Positions 7,623-16,303 of a stretch of 64,000 nt of DNA are shown here, in pieces. The first letter of the stretch is position 1, and every line of letters starts with the position of its first letter. Below the pieces are notes generated by a model, which saw only the letters and a program-made list of their open reading frames with translations, ran no database searches and was not told where the DNA came from. The DNA comes from an uncultured bacterium (GTDB lineage Bacteria; Verrucomicrobiota; Kiritimatiellia; RFP12; UBA1067), in contig CACYQU010000002.1 in assembly GCA_902776615.1 (NCBI GenBank), positions 5,419 through 69,418 of the forward strand, given 5' to 3'. The position numbers and the translations under genes were made by a program.

Positions 7623-8890
7623 AATTCATTGAGGAACTTGCCGCAAAGCGGCGTTTCGGAATGCGTCCTGGATTGGACGCTATTCGTGATGTATGCGCCA
7701 GCCTTGGCAATCCTCAGAACGCAGTGAGGGCGATTCATGTCGCTGGCACGAACGGGAAGGGCGCTGTGTGCGCCATTTTGGACTCTTGCCTTCGCGCGGC
7801 TGGCTTCAAAACAGGTCGCTATACTTCGCCGCACCTTGTCCGTCTGAACGAGCGCTTCTTTCTTAATGGATCGCCGGCGGATGACGAAACTCTCGAAAAA
7901 CACGCCATTTTGGTCCAAAATGCAATTTCCAACCGGGGGCAGTCCCCATCCAACCGGGGACTGTCCCCAGTTGACCTTACCTTTTTCGAGGCTCTCACCG
8001 CTGTCGCTTTCAGTCTTTATGCCGAGCGCAAGCCTGATTTCACTATACTTGAAACCGGTCTTGGCGGACGTTTGGATGCGACAAATATCTGCAAACCCGT
8101 CCTCACTGTAATCACTCGCATAGGGCTTGACCATTGCGATTGGCTTGGGGACAGTCCCTCGAAAATTGCCTTAGAGAAGGCGGGTATCATAAAAACGGGA
8201 GTCCCCGTTGTCGTCGGTGCAAACGATGCCGAGGTGTTGGATGTAATACGGCGCCGTGCGGACGAAGTTGGCGCCCCTTTTGTATATGCACCCGAAAAGG
8301 CCTCGCTAAATGATATTCCTTGCGAATTTGCCCTGCAGGGGCCATTTAACAGAGAGAATGCCACAACTGCGATTGCTGCACTTAAGACACTTGGAACGAG
8401 GAACTATGAGGACGGATTCAAGTCAGTCGTCTGGCCGGGAAGATTCCAGGTTATCGGCAATTTCATAGTCGATGGCGCGCACAATCCCCCGGCGGCACAT
8501 GCTTTGGCCGAGGCTCTTGTGCATATGCCTCGCCAAGAGTATCTGATAGCAGGCTTTTGCGGCGACAAGGATGTGGACGAGGTGCTTCGCACCCTGGCCC
8601 CATTTGTTCGCATGGGCATTGCCGTAAAGACCGGCAACCCCCGCTCGCTTTCGGCGGAGGCTGTTGCCTGTAAAATGAAAAGTGCAGGAATATGCGCTGT
8701 GTCAGCTGATTCTCTCAAAAATGCCATTTCAAAAGTGGGGACTGTCCCCACTTTGATTTGCGGTTCTCTCTTTCTTGCAGGCGAGGCGCTTGTTGAACTT
8801 GGCGCATATCCGTGGGGACAGTCCCCGAAAAATGGCGGGGGACAGTCCCCTCGGTTCGATCCGTCGGAACTGCTCAAGCCTGAAGGGTAG
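7619..8890 (+). CDS. folC: Folylpolyglutamate synthase / dihydrofolate synthase
   Basis: GTG start overlaps the ubiA-like stop (GTGA). HVAGTNGKGAV P-loop, TSPHLVRLNERF, ETGLGGRLDATN and DGAHNP motifs. It carries in-frame copies of a 13-nt palindrome and a C-terminal tail. Confidence 0.8.
   Translation: MKFIEELAAKRRFGMRPGLDAIRDVCASLGNPQNAVRAIHVAGTNGKGAVCAILDSCLRAAGFKTGRYTSPHLVRLNERFFLNGSPADDETLEKHAILVQNAISNRGQSPSNRGLSPVDLTFFEALTAVAFSLYAERKPDFTILETGLGGRLDATNICKPVLTVITRIGLDHCDWLGDSPSKIALEKAGIIKTGVPVVVGANDAEVLDVIRRRADEVGAPFVYAPEKASLNDIPCEFALQGPFNRENATTAIAALKTLGTRNYEDGFKSVVWPGRFQVIGNFIVDGAHNPPAAHALAEALVHMPRQEYLIAGFCGDKDVDEVLRTLAPFVRMGIAVKTGNPRSLSAEAVACKMKSAGICAVSADSLKNAISKVGTVPTLICGSLFLAGEALVELGAYPWGQSPKNGGGQSPRFDPSELLKPEG
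7929..7969. repeat. Tandem pair of about 21-nt units, each holding the palindrome GGGGACWGTCCCC (first copy GGGGGCAGTCCCC at 7935-7947, second GGGGACTGTCCCC at 7956-7968)
   Basis: CCAACCGGGGGCAGTCCCCAT / CCAACCGGGGACTGTCCCCAG read directly. Translated NRGQSPSNRGLSP inside folC. Confidence 0.9.
8147..8159. repeat. Copy of the GGGGACAGTCCC(t) palindrome (12/13 match). A weaker GGGAGTCCCC lies at 8197-8206.
   Basis: Read directly. Translated LGDSPS, a different reading frame relative to the motif than at 7935. Confidence 0.8.
8737..8749. repeat. Copy of the GGGGACTGTCCCC palindrome, flanked to give GTGGGGACTGTCCCCAC
   Basis: Read directly. Translated VGTVPT. Confidence 0.9.
8814..8850. repeat. 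Two copies of GGGGACAGTCCCC (8814-8826 and 8838-8850), 11 nt apart, in the folC 3' tail
   Basis: Read directly. Translated WGQSPKNGGGQSPR. Confidence 0.9.
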
Positions 8891-11800
8891 GTGCAGGTGT
8901 CACTGCATGATATCGCCATAGAATATCCACAGGATTTGCCTGTTGTTGCCCATCGTGCCGAGATTGCCGATGCGATGCGTCGAAATCAGGTGGTCATCGT
9001 ATGTGGTGATACTGGTAGCGGAAAGACGACCCAGCTGCCGAAGATGGCTCTTGAACTGGGGCGTGCGGCCGATGGACGCCGCATAGCCGTAACTCAACCG
9101 CGCCGCATGGCGACTGTTGCGATGGCGGAACGTGTCGCCGAGGAGTTGAAAACCCCTGTCGGCGGAACAGTCGGCTATCAGCACCGTTTTCAGAAGAAGG
9201 TGTCGGACGACACACGCATAAAGTTCATGACGGATGGCGTGCTTTTGGCCGAAACGCGCCACGATCCGTTTCTCAGGGCATATGACACGATAATCATCGA
9301 CGAGGCTCACGAGCGTTCGCTCAACATAGATTTCCTGCTTGGAGTCGTGAAACGGCTCATCGCGCGCCGACGCGATTTAAAGGTGGTCGTCTCTTCGGCC
9401 ACACTGGATGTCGCCGGCTTTTCGCGGTTTTTCGGCAATGCGCCGGTGATTGAGGTTCCCGGCCGCCTTTACCCGGTCGATGTCGTCTACAATCCTTCGC
9501 CAGAGGGCGAGGAGAGCGACGTGGCCGGCGATGTCCTGCGCGCCGTGGCGTCGCTGCCTGTCGATGGCGATGTGCTGGTGTTCCTTTCGGGCGAAAGGGA
9601 TATACGCGAAAGCGCCGAGAGGCTGAAGGGACGTTTCGGAGAAGCAAACGACATCATACCCCTTTATTCCTCTCTGCCGTCTGGCGAGCAGCGCCGCGCG
9701 TTCACCATGTCCGCCAGGCGCCGCATAATCCTTTCCACAAATGTCGCGGAGACATCCGTCACTCTGCCGGGCATTCGCTATGTTGTGGACTCCGGCCTCG
9801 CCCGCATATCACGCTACATACATCGCACGCAGATTCAGCGGCTTCAGATCGAGCGCGTGTCCCAAGCCTCCGCGCGTCAGCGGACAGGTCGGTGCGGACG
9901 CCTTGGCCCGGGCGTTTGCATACGGCTTTATTCCGAGGAGGATTTTGCCTCGCGCGAGCCATACACTCCGCCGGAGATTCTGCGCTCGTCGCTGGCAGGT
10001 GTCATACTGACGATGCTCGACCTGGGTCTTGGAGATATTGCGGAATTTCCTTTTATGGATCCGCCACGCCCCGCAGGGGTGCGCGAGGGCATGAACGAAC
10101 TTGTCGAGCTGGGCGCGGTCGCTGTGGGAACGGACGGCGTTCCCTCGCTGACTGCCATCGGCCGCAAGCTCGCGCGCATCCCGGTCGAGCCGCGCCTTTC
10201 CCGGATAATGCTCGCCGCGTCCGATTTGGCCGTGCTGCCTTCTGCCCTGCCCATTGTGGCCGGGCTCGCATGTGACGATCCGCGGCGGCGTCCCGCCGAA
10301 GAGCGCGACAAGGCGAAGGCGGCCCACGCCAAATGGCGTGTCGCCGGCTCGGACTTTCTGTCCACCTTGAGACTTTGGCGCTGGTTCTCCGAAGAGACGC
10401 GTGACATGTCTCAAAACCAGACGCGCAAGCTTTGCAAAACCAACTATCTTTCCTACCCGAAGATGCGCGAGTGGCGCGACCTCGTGCAGCAACTAGGCGA
10501 CATGGCGTCAAGGCTCGGGTTGGACACGAAAAACGATAATGGCGGACCGGACGCAGTCCATCGTGCGCTGCTGGCAGGCTTTCTTTCGCGAATCGGAAAG
10601 TTCGATCCGGAAGAGCGCAACTACAGGGGTGCGCACGGAGTGCGCTTCGCTCTGCACCCGGGCTCCGTTCTTGCCAAGAAACCGCCGGAATGGGTGGTCG
10701 CCGGCGAATTGGTGGACACCTCGCGTCTCTTTGCGTGCGACGCGGCGGCCATAGATGTCGGTTGGATAGAGGCTGCGGCCGGCCCTCTTTGCCGCCGCAG
10801 TTATCGCGAACCTTCATGGGAGGCGTCTACTGGCTTCGTGCGTGCCATTGAGCAGGTGACGGTCTACGGACTTGTCGTCGTGCCGTCGCGCAGATGCGAC
10901 TATTCGAGAATCGACCCCAAGGGAGCGCGCGAGATTTTCATACGCTTCGGCCTTGTGGAAGGAGAGTTTCCCCATCCGCCCCGCGAAGTGCGCGAGAACG
11001 CGTCCGTGATAGGCGAGTTGCGCCGCCGCGCCGAGAAGTTGCGCCGTCCAGACCTCTTCGACCAAGTCGGCCTGGAACGTTTCTTCGACCGAACCGTCCC
11101 GTCTGCGGTATGTTCGGCCGATGCGCTCAGAAAGTGGCTCGCGCGGGCGAGCGCGGCCGAGCGGGCGGCGTTTCGTCTCAAGCGCGCAGACTGGATTCCG
11201 TCCGATGGCGGCGGAAGCGCGGACTTCCCGGACTCGATTCATGTCGGCGGTGCGAAGATGCGCCTTTCGTACCGCCATTCGCCCGACGATTCCGAGTCCG
11301 ACGGCATAACATGCACTGTGAAGAAACGCGATGCTGCGGCGCTCTTGCTTTGGCGATCGGACTGGCTCGTGCCCGGCGCGCTCCCGTCAAAACTCGCATG
11401 GATGCTGTCGGTGCTTCCGTCTTCGCTCCGACGCGTGCTTACTCCGCTTGACGAGAAGCTGAGTATTCTGTCATCCATGCTCAGGCCTGGCTCCGAAACG
11501 CTGGAAGAGGCCGTGCGCCGCGCGGTATACTCTGAATGGGGGTTCAGGATTCCTGCCGATGCATGGCGCGGACTGGAGCCGCCGCCGCATCTGAAAGTGC
11601 GATACACCGTCATCGACGATGATGACGGCAAGATTCTGGCGTCGTCGCGCGATGTCCGCGAGGTTCTTGCGAAGGTATGTGGCGGTTCCGGCGGGACGGA
11701 GGCGGAAGCCTCGCCAAAGGTGCATGTCGCGTGGGATTTCCCGTCGCTGGACGAAATGTCGGTAGAGGGTAGCGCAGGCTGGAAGGTCGAAAGCCATGCC

Positions 11801-12565
11801 GCGCTGCACGACGAGGGAACAGGCGTCAGCGTGAGGCTCTATCCAGGCAGGGAAGAGGCCGAGGCCGAGCATGCCGCAGGGCTTGTCAGACTTTTCTCGA
11901 TTGCGCTGAAGAACAAGGTGAAATGCACCTTCAAGGCGAAAACCCTCCCGTTCGGCGCGGCGATGTTTCTGAAAGAGATGAACTATCCCGAAGACCGGAT
12001 CGCGTCAGACATAGTGGAAGGGGCTGTGCGCGATGCGCTTGTACGAGGACGCGACCCCGTGAGAGATGCATCCGCATTCAAAGCGCGTATTGCGCAGGAT
12101 GTCGCGCAGGTCGTGCGGACGGAGGCTGAGATTTCGCGCATTTTCAGTGATTCGCTGGTTCTTGCGGCGGAGCTGGACGGCAGGCTTTCGGCGGGCGGCT
12201 TTTGCGACGAGACTGTCGAATCGGTGACGACCCAACTGGCGTGGCTCTTGTACCGCGGGGTTCCGCGGCTTGTTCCGCTGGCGCGGCTCAAGCATTACTC
12301 GCGCTATTTCAAAGGAATCGCCGTGCGGCTCGACCGCGCCCGCACAAATCCGTCTGGCGACCGTTCGAAGGAAGCGCGTTTTGCGCCGTATTGGGCTCGC
12401 TATCGTGCTGCGCTGGCAGAGAAAAACGCGGGGAAGCGCCCTGCGGCGGCGGTGCTTGCGGAGTTCAGATGGATGCTCGAGGAATATCGCATATCGCTTT
12501 TTGCGCCGGAACTGAAAACACCGGTTCCCGTCAGTCCTCAGCGTCTCGACAAGCTTCTGCCATAG
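8891..12565 (+). CDS. hrpA: ATP-dependent RNA helicase HrpA (DEAH-box)
   Basis: 1224 aa. CGDTGSGKTTQLPK Walker A, IIIDEAHERSLNIDFLLG (DEAH), TNVAETSVT, QRTGRCGR, plus the long HA2/OB and C-terminal HrpA extension. Confidence 0.85.
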   Translation: MQVSLHDIAIEYPQDLPVVAHRAEIADAMRRNQVVIVCGDTGSGKTTQLPKMALELGRAADGRRIAVTQPRRMATVAMAERVAEELKTPVGGTVGYQHRFQKKVSDDTRIKFMTDGVLLAETRHDPFLRAYDTIIIDEAHERSLNIDFLLGVVKRLIARRRDLKVVVSSATLDVAGFSRFFGNAPVIEVPGRLYPVDVVYNPSPEGEESDVAGDVLRAVASLPVDGDVLVFLSGERDIRESAERLKGRFGEANDIIPLYSSLPSGEQRRAFTMSARRRIILSTNVAETSVTLPGIRYVVDSGLARISRYIHRTQIQRLQIERVSQASARQRTGRCGRLGPGVCIRLYSEEDFASREPYTPPEILRSSLAGVILTMLDLGLGDIAEFPFMDPPRPAGVREGMNELVELGAVAVGTDGVPSLTAIGRKLARIPVEPRLSRIMLAASDLAVLPSALPIVAGLACDDPRRRPAEERDKAKAAHAKWRVAGSDFLSTLRLWRWFSEETRDMSQNQTRKLCKTNYLSYPKMREWRDLVQQLGDMASRLGLDTKNDNGGPDAVHRALLAGFLSRIGKFDPEERNYRGAHGVRFALHPGSVLAKKPPEWVVAGELVDTSRLFACDAAAIDVGWIEAAAGPLCRRSYREPSWEASTGFVRAIEQVTVYGLVVVPSRRCDYSRIDPKGAREIFIRFGLVEGEFPHPPREVRENASVIGELRRRAEKLRRPDLFDQVGLERFFDRTVPSAVCSADALRKWLARASAAERAAFRLKRADWIPSDGGGSADFPDSIHVGGAKMRLSYRHSPDDSESDGITCTVKKRDAAALLLWRSDWLVPGALPSKLAWMLSVLPSSLRRVLTPLDEKLSILSSMLRPGSETLEEAVRRAVYSEWGFRIPADAWRGLEPPPHLKVRYTVIDDDDGKILASSRDVREVLAKVCGGSGGTEAEASPKVHVAWDFPSLDEMSVEGSAGWKVESHAALHDEGTGVSVRLYPGREEAEAEHAAGLVRLFSIALKNKVKCTFKAKTLPFGAAMFLKEMNYPEDRIASDIVEGAVRDALVRGRDPVRDASAFKARIAQDVAQVVRTEAEISRIFSDSLVLAAELDGRLSAGGFCDETVESVTTQLAWLLYRGVPRLVPLARLKHYSRYFKGIAVRLDRARTNPSGDRSKEARFAPYWARYRAALAEKNAGKRPAAAVLAEFRWMLEEYRISLFAPELKTPVPVSPQRLDKLLP

Positions 12566-12597
12566 GGCACCCCCTATTTGCAGGCCAATCCAATATT

Positions 12598-12606
12598 TGG
12601 TATACT
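12598..12606 (+). promoter_or_regulatory. Extended -10 box TGGTATACT upstream of the response-regulator/PP2C gene
   Basis: Lies in the 71-nt hrpA-downstream gap. Followed by the SD-like AAGAGGGA and ATG 12637. Confidence 0.5.
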
Positions 12607-12636
12607 ATCTTCCCTAGGTTAAGAGGGAAAAGACAT

Positions 12637-14295
12637 ATGGCCAACATACATGACATCACATCGAAGATCTTGATCGTCGATGATGAAAAGTTGATTCGCC
12701 TCACAATAAGCGCCAAGCTTAAAAGTGTGGGGTATGTGCCTGTCGCCGTAGATTCTGTCGAGAAAGCCGTTGCCGTGCTCAAGGAGGAGGATGTCGAGCT
12801 GAGGGCCGTCATCACCGACATCATGATGGGCGACATGGATGGCTTCATGTTCCGCGACATCATTCGCGGCTACGACCCTACGCTGCCTATCTTCTTCATT
12901 ACGGCGCTCGATCCCGAGGAGGGGAGCGGATTCCTCAAGAAAATCCTGCTGGACGCCAACAGCTACTACCTGCCGAAGTCGGCGAAGCCCCAGGTGATGC
13001 TGCGCAGAATACAGAGTGTCGTCGCCTCGCGGCGCATCGAGCAGTTCATCGAGCGCCAGATAGAGGAGCAGCATGCCTCGCAGTCTCTCGCGGCGAACGT
13101 CCAGCACAGCATGCTGCCGACAAGAGTCGTGATGACCGACCGCGGCTTCTACTCGACCGTCTGGAAGCCGAAGGAGGTGGTCAGCGGCGACCTTTACGAG
13201 GCGATGCAGTTCGGCGAAGGCGTGTACCTCTATGTTCTCGGCGACATACAGGGCCACGGTACGAGCGCGGCGCTGGCCATGACGGCCATCCAGGCCTTCC
13301 TGAAACAGTTTACGCGGCGCGACGGCGTGGTTTCGATGTCGCCGAGCGATATCGCGAACCTGCTGCAGCAGTTCTTCCGCCGCCATCTTGCGGACGTTAC
13401 GTACATGACGGCGATCATCGGCATACACAGGCCCCTCAAGAACGAGGTGGAGTGGATAAGCTGCGGCGCGCCCGACCTTGTAGTGATCGAACCGGGCGCA
13501 GGCGACATCATCGACGTGAATCCCGAAAAGAAGGGCGGCATGCCTATCGGCCTCATGCCGGATACCGTCTATTCCCACGCGGATGTGGTGAAGACCGAAC
13601 TCTCGCCGACCGCTACCTGCGTAGTGTTCTCCGACGGCATCTACGACGTCGCGCGCGATCCGAAAAACCTGCAGCCCGTGCCGGTCGAGCTTTTGAGGAA
13701 GATCGCGTACGAGCTTATGTCCACGGCCCGTCTCGACGGTTCGATCGTCGCCACGCCGCAGAAGTTCGTGCATGCCGTGGAGGCATACGGCTACACCAAC
13801 TACGCCGACGACGTGACGATGCTCATTTTCGGCAAAAGGCTCAAGCTGGACGGCATCTACGAATCGACGGTATCGCTCAAGCCCGACGACATCGCCGATG
13901 CTGCGGTGGCGGTGGGCGAATGGTGCCACGCCAGCGGATGGGGCGACGATCTCGTCAACCGCGTGCAGCTCGTTTTCGAAGAGGTTCTCATGAACGTGCA
14001 CGACCACGGCGTCGATACGCGCGAGCGCCTGAGCGCCGTGGCGAGCATTCGCCTCAGGCGCGTGCGCGATTTCGCCGAGCTTACCGTCTGGGACTGCGGC
14101 ACTCCGCCGCCGAGCGTCGAGGTCGCCGCGGGCGACAGCGCAGTCGCCTTCGAGCTGAAGAACAAGGAGTACAGCGGGCGCGGCCGCGGCCGGCTGATTA
14201 CGCGCGAACTGTGCAACGGCATCTCGCGCAGCCGCTACGAAAACCTCAACGAGACCATATATTTCATTCCGATCGAATTCCACGTCGAAGCATAA
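12637..14295 (+). CDS. Response regulator receiver + PP2C (SpoIIE/RsbU-type) phosphatase + RsbW-like HATPase kinase domain (HsbR-like architecture)
   Basis: ILIVDDEKLIRL...ITDIMMGDMDG receiver, a central SGDLY...LGDIQGHG...DDVTM PP2C region, and a C-terminal EEVLMNVHDHG N-box with DCGTP. ATG 12637 has an SD. The longer ORF 12202 overlaps hrpA. Confidence 0.8.
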   Translation: MANIHDITSKILIVDDEKLIRLTISAKLKSVGYVPVAVDSVEKAVAVLKEEDVELRAVITDIMMGDMDGFMFRDIIRGYDPTLPIFFITALDPEEGSGFLKKILLDANSYYLPKSAKPQVMLRRIQSVVASRRIEQFIERQIEEQHASQSLAANVQHSMLPTRVVMTDRGFYSTVWKPKEVVSGDLYEAMQFGEGVYLYVLGDIQGHGTSAALAMTAIQAFLKQFTRRDGVVSMSPSDIANLLQQFFRRHLADVTYMTAIIGIHRPLKNEVEWISCGAPDLVVIEPGAGDIIDVNPEKKGGMPIGLMPDTVYSHADVVKTELSPTATCVVFSDGIYDVARDPKNLQPVPVELLRKIAYELMSTARLDGSIVATPQKFVHAVEAYGYTNYADDVTMLIFGKRLKLDGIYESTVSLKPDDIADAAVAVGEWCHASGWGDDLVNRVQLVFEEVLMNVHDHGVDTRERLSAVASIRLRRVRDFAELTVWDCGTPPPSVEVAAGDSAVAFELKNKEYSGRGRGRLITRELCNGISRSRYENLNETIYFIPIEFHVEA

Positions 14296-14303
14296 CCCGG
14301 AGG

Positions 14304-14615
14304 ATGACAATGAAAGACTGCTGCAAAGAGTATCTGATGAGCCAGTTCGGCGACGAGGATGTCGTCGGCGAGATCTACAACGAATACGTCGAGTCGCTCG
14401 GCCAGAAGCTGTCCGAGAGCGAGGCGGCCATCGCCTCGCAGGACTGGATCGCGCTCGACCGCGCCGCCCATGCGCTCAAGGGCAACGCCCTCGCCGCGGG
14501 CGACGAGGCCGTGGCAAACGTCGCGATAGAGCTCAGGAACGCCGCCAAGCTGCAGAAGCTTGACGAGTCGAAGAGCCTCGTCGCGAAGATAAAGGAGCTT
14601 CAAGCCCTGCTCTGA
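14304..14615 (+). CDS. Hpt (histidine phosphotransfer) domain protein
   Basis: About 100 aa helical protein with AAHALKGNALAAG (the HxxKG phospho-His motif). GGAGG sits just upstream. ATG 14310 is an alternative start. Confidence 0.75.
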   Translation: MTMKDCCKEYLMSQFGDEDVVGEIYNEYVESLGQKLSESEAAIASQDWIALDRAAHALKGNALAAGDEAVANVAIELRNAAKLQKLDESKSLVAKIKELQALL

Positions 14616-14633
14616 CGCAAGCGGGCGTTTCGC

Positions 14634-15362
14634 ATGGAAAGTCTTCTCGAAAGAACCAAGGATGCAGACCTCGACCAGCTCATACGCGAGCTGGCGGCGA
14701 GGCGTCACGGCAACACTCGCCGCAGCATAAGGCTGAGGGCGTGGAAGTTCACCGTAGGGCTGTCGTATGCGCTGAAGCGGTTGATGGATATCGTGGGCAG
14801 CGGGCTTGGAATGGTCATCCTCGCGCCTGTGTTCCTCGGCATCGCCGCGGCAGTCAAGTTCACGAGTCCCGGTCCTGTGTTCTTCTCCCAGGTTCGCGTA
14901 GGCCGCTACGGGCGGCATTTCAAGTTCTACAAGTTCCGCAGCATGTACATCGACGCCGAAGCCCGAAAGGCCGAGCTGATGTCCCGGAACGAGTCCAAGG
15001 ACGGCGTCATATTCAAGATGAAGAACGATCCGCGCATAACGAAGGTAGGCAAGATTCTGCGGCGTACGAGTCTTGACGAGCTGCCGCAGCTGTGGAATGT
15101 CTTCATTGGCGACATGAGCCTCGTCGGGCCGCGTCCGCCGGTGCCCAAAGAGGTGCAGGAATACACGCTTGAAGACCGCAAGCGTCTGGATGTGATTCCG
15201 GGCATAACCTGCCTGTGGCAGATAATGGGCAGAAGCGAGATTCCGTTCCACGAGCAGGTGCGGCTCGACAAGGAATACATTCTCGCGCCCAGCCTGTGGA
15301 AGGATATCGTCATACTTTTGAAGACCGTGCCGGCGATTCTCGGCGGAAAGGGTGCGTATTGA
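14634..15362 (+). CDS. Polyprenyl-phosphate sugar-1-phosphate transferase (bacterial sugar transferase family, WbaP/EpsL-like)
   Basis: [71 protein letters not shown]. Confidence 0.85.
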   Translation: MESLLERTKDADLDQLIRELAARRHGNTRRSIRLRAWKFTVGLSYALKRLMDIVGSGLGMVILAPVFLGIAAAVKFTSPGPVFFSQVRVGRYGRHFKFYKFRSMYIDAEARKAELMSRNESKDGVIFKMKNDPRITKVGKILRRTSLDELPQLWNVFIGDMSLVGPRPPVPKEVQEYTLEDRKRLDVIPGITCLWQIMGRSEIPFHEQVRLDKEYILAPSLWKDIVILLKTVPAILGGKGAY

Positions 15363-16303
15363 CAGATTCCCTTGAGAGCATCCTTTTCGTGCCATCCGTC
15401 CGCGAGACGGAGTGGGTTTCCGAGTTGTTCCCCGGGCGCAGTCCGTCCGAGCTGCCGATAGCCGGCCGCCGGATAATCGACTACGGTATCGAGCACGCCA
15501 TGAAATTCGACGTGGTGCTTACGGGCGTTCTCGACTGGCACTATTCGAAAAGCCTCGCCGAGGAGTATTTGCCGTCCGAAGAGAAGGGCTACGCAGTCTT
15601 CTACGAGAAATTCCCCGGCGACAAGCCGCCTCGCGGGCTGGACGACCTTGTCGGCGTATCCTCGACGCTCACGCAGAATCTTTCCGACGGGCTTGTCGTC
15701 GTGTGGGGGCTGTGCCTTTCGGACACAGTCTCGAGGGACGTGATATTCGAGCCGGTTTCCCCCGAAGAGTGCGCCAGAACGCCCCTCGGCGTCTACCGGA
15801 GAGTCGGCGGCAAGTGGATGCGCATAAAGGACAATGGCATAAGAATCAACGGGCTGAAGGCGTGGCACGAGACGAATTTCATGGTGCTGCACGATCCCGG
15901 GCAGTTCACTCTGCCGGGCTATTCGGCGGAGAAGAACGTGCATCTCGGGCGCAATGTCGTCATCGAGCACGGCAGCAGCGTCAAGGCGCCGGTTCTTCTG
16001 TGCGACAACACCTGGTTCGCGCGCAACGTTACGCTGGATGGCGACGTGATCGTGTCGAGCGGTTCGTTCGTCGGCGAAGGCACGCGTCTCAAGCGGACTG
16101 TCGTGGGGCTCGACACGTATATCGGAACCGGTCTCGATTTCGAGAACAAGATCGTAATCGGCAACCGCGTGATAGATCCTGACACCGGCGCGTGGATGGA
16201 TATGGAAGAGCCGGGCCTTGCGCGCCGCATAGGAACCGGCTTCGCGTGGCTGAGAAAGCTGTGGCATTTCCTTCGCGGCAAATCGTATGGGAGGCTTGGC
16301 TGA
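15359..16303 (+). CDS. Nucleotidyltransferase-like N-domain + left-handed beta-helix (hexapeptide) C-domain protein, possibly degenerate
   Basis: [16 protein letters not shown] resembles the NTP-transferase N-terminus but lacks a clear GxGxR. The C-terminal half has hexapeptide-like periodicity ([49 protein letters not shown]). The TTG 15359 start overlapping the upstream stop is uncertain. Confidence 0.5.
   Translation: MTDSLESILFVPSVRETEWVSELFPGRSPSELPIAGRRIIDYGIEHAMKFDVVLTGVLDWHYSKSLAEEYLPSEEKGYAVFYEKFPGDKPPRGLDDLVGVSSTLTQNLSDGLVVVWGLCLSDTVSRDVIFEPVSPEECARTPLGVYRRVGGKWMRIKDNGIRINGLKAWHETNFMVLHDPGQFTLPGYSAEKNVHLGRNVVIEHGSSVKAPVLLCDNTWFARNVTLDGDVIVSSGSFVGEGTRLKRTVVGLDTYIGTGLDFENKIVIGNRVIDPDTGAWMDMEEPGLARRIGTGFAWLRKLWHFLRGKSYGRLG

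Noticed and set aside
7929-8850. Possible CRISPR array formed by the repeated 13-mer
   Set aside because: The repeats are only 13 nt, irregularly spaced (8 to ~570 nt apart) and palindromic. They lie inside an intact folC reading frame, and no cas genes are nearby.
8891-12565. Large helicase as part of a defence system
   Set aside because: The full-length DEAH/HA2/OB architecture and length match housekeeping HrpA. There is no adjacent nuclease, methylase or other defence partner.
12202-12636. Upstream extension of the response-regulator ORF into hrpA. Similar extensions occur at 13452-14303, 15215-15358, 16568-17290, 22469-22612, 43767-44054 and 53824-53883.
   Set aside because: These are open-frame run-ons upstream of the real starts. 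They overlap the preceding genes or the tRNA, have no homology-like sequence, and in several cases the real starts have SDs or promoter boxes.
12619-14310. 563-aa ORF antisense to the RR-PP2C-kinase gene
   Set aside because: Shadow ORF. The sense strand carries unambiguous receiver, PP2C and HATPase motifs.
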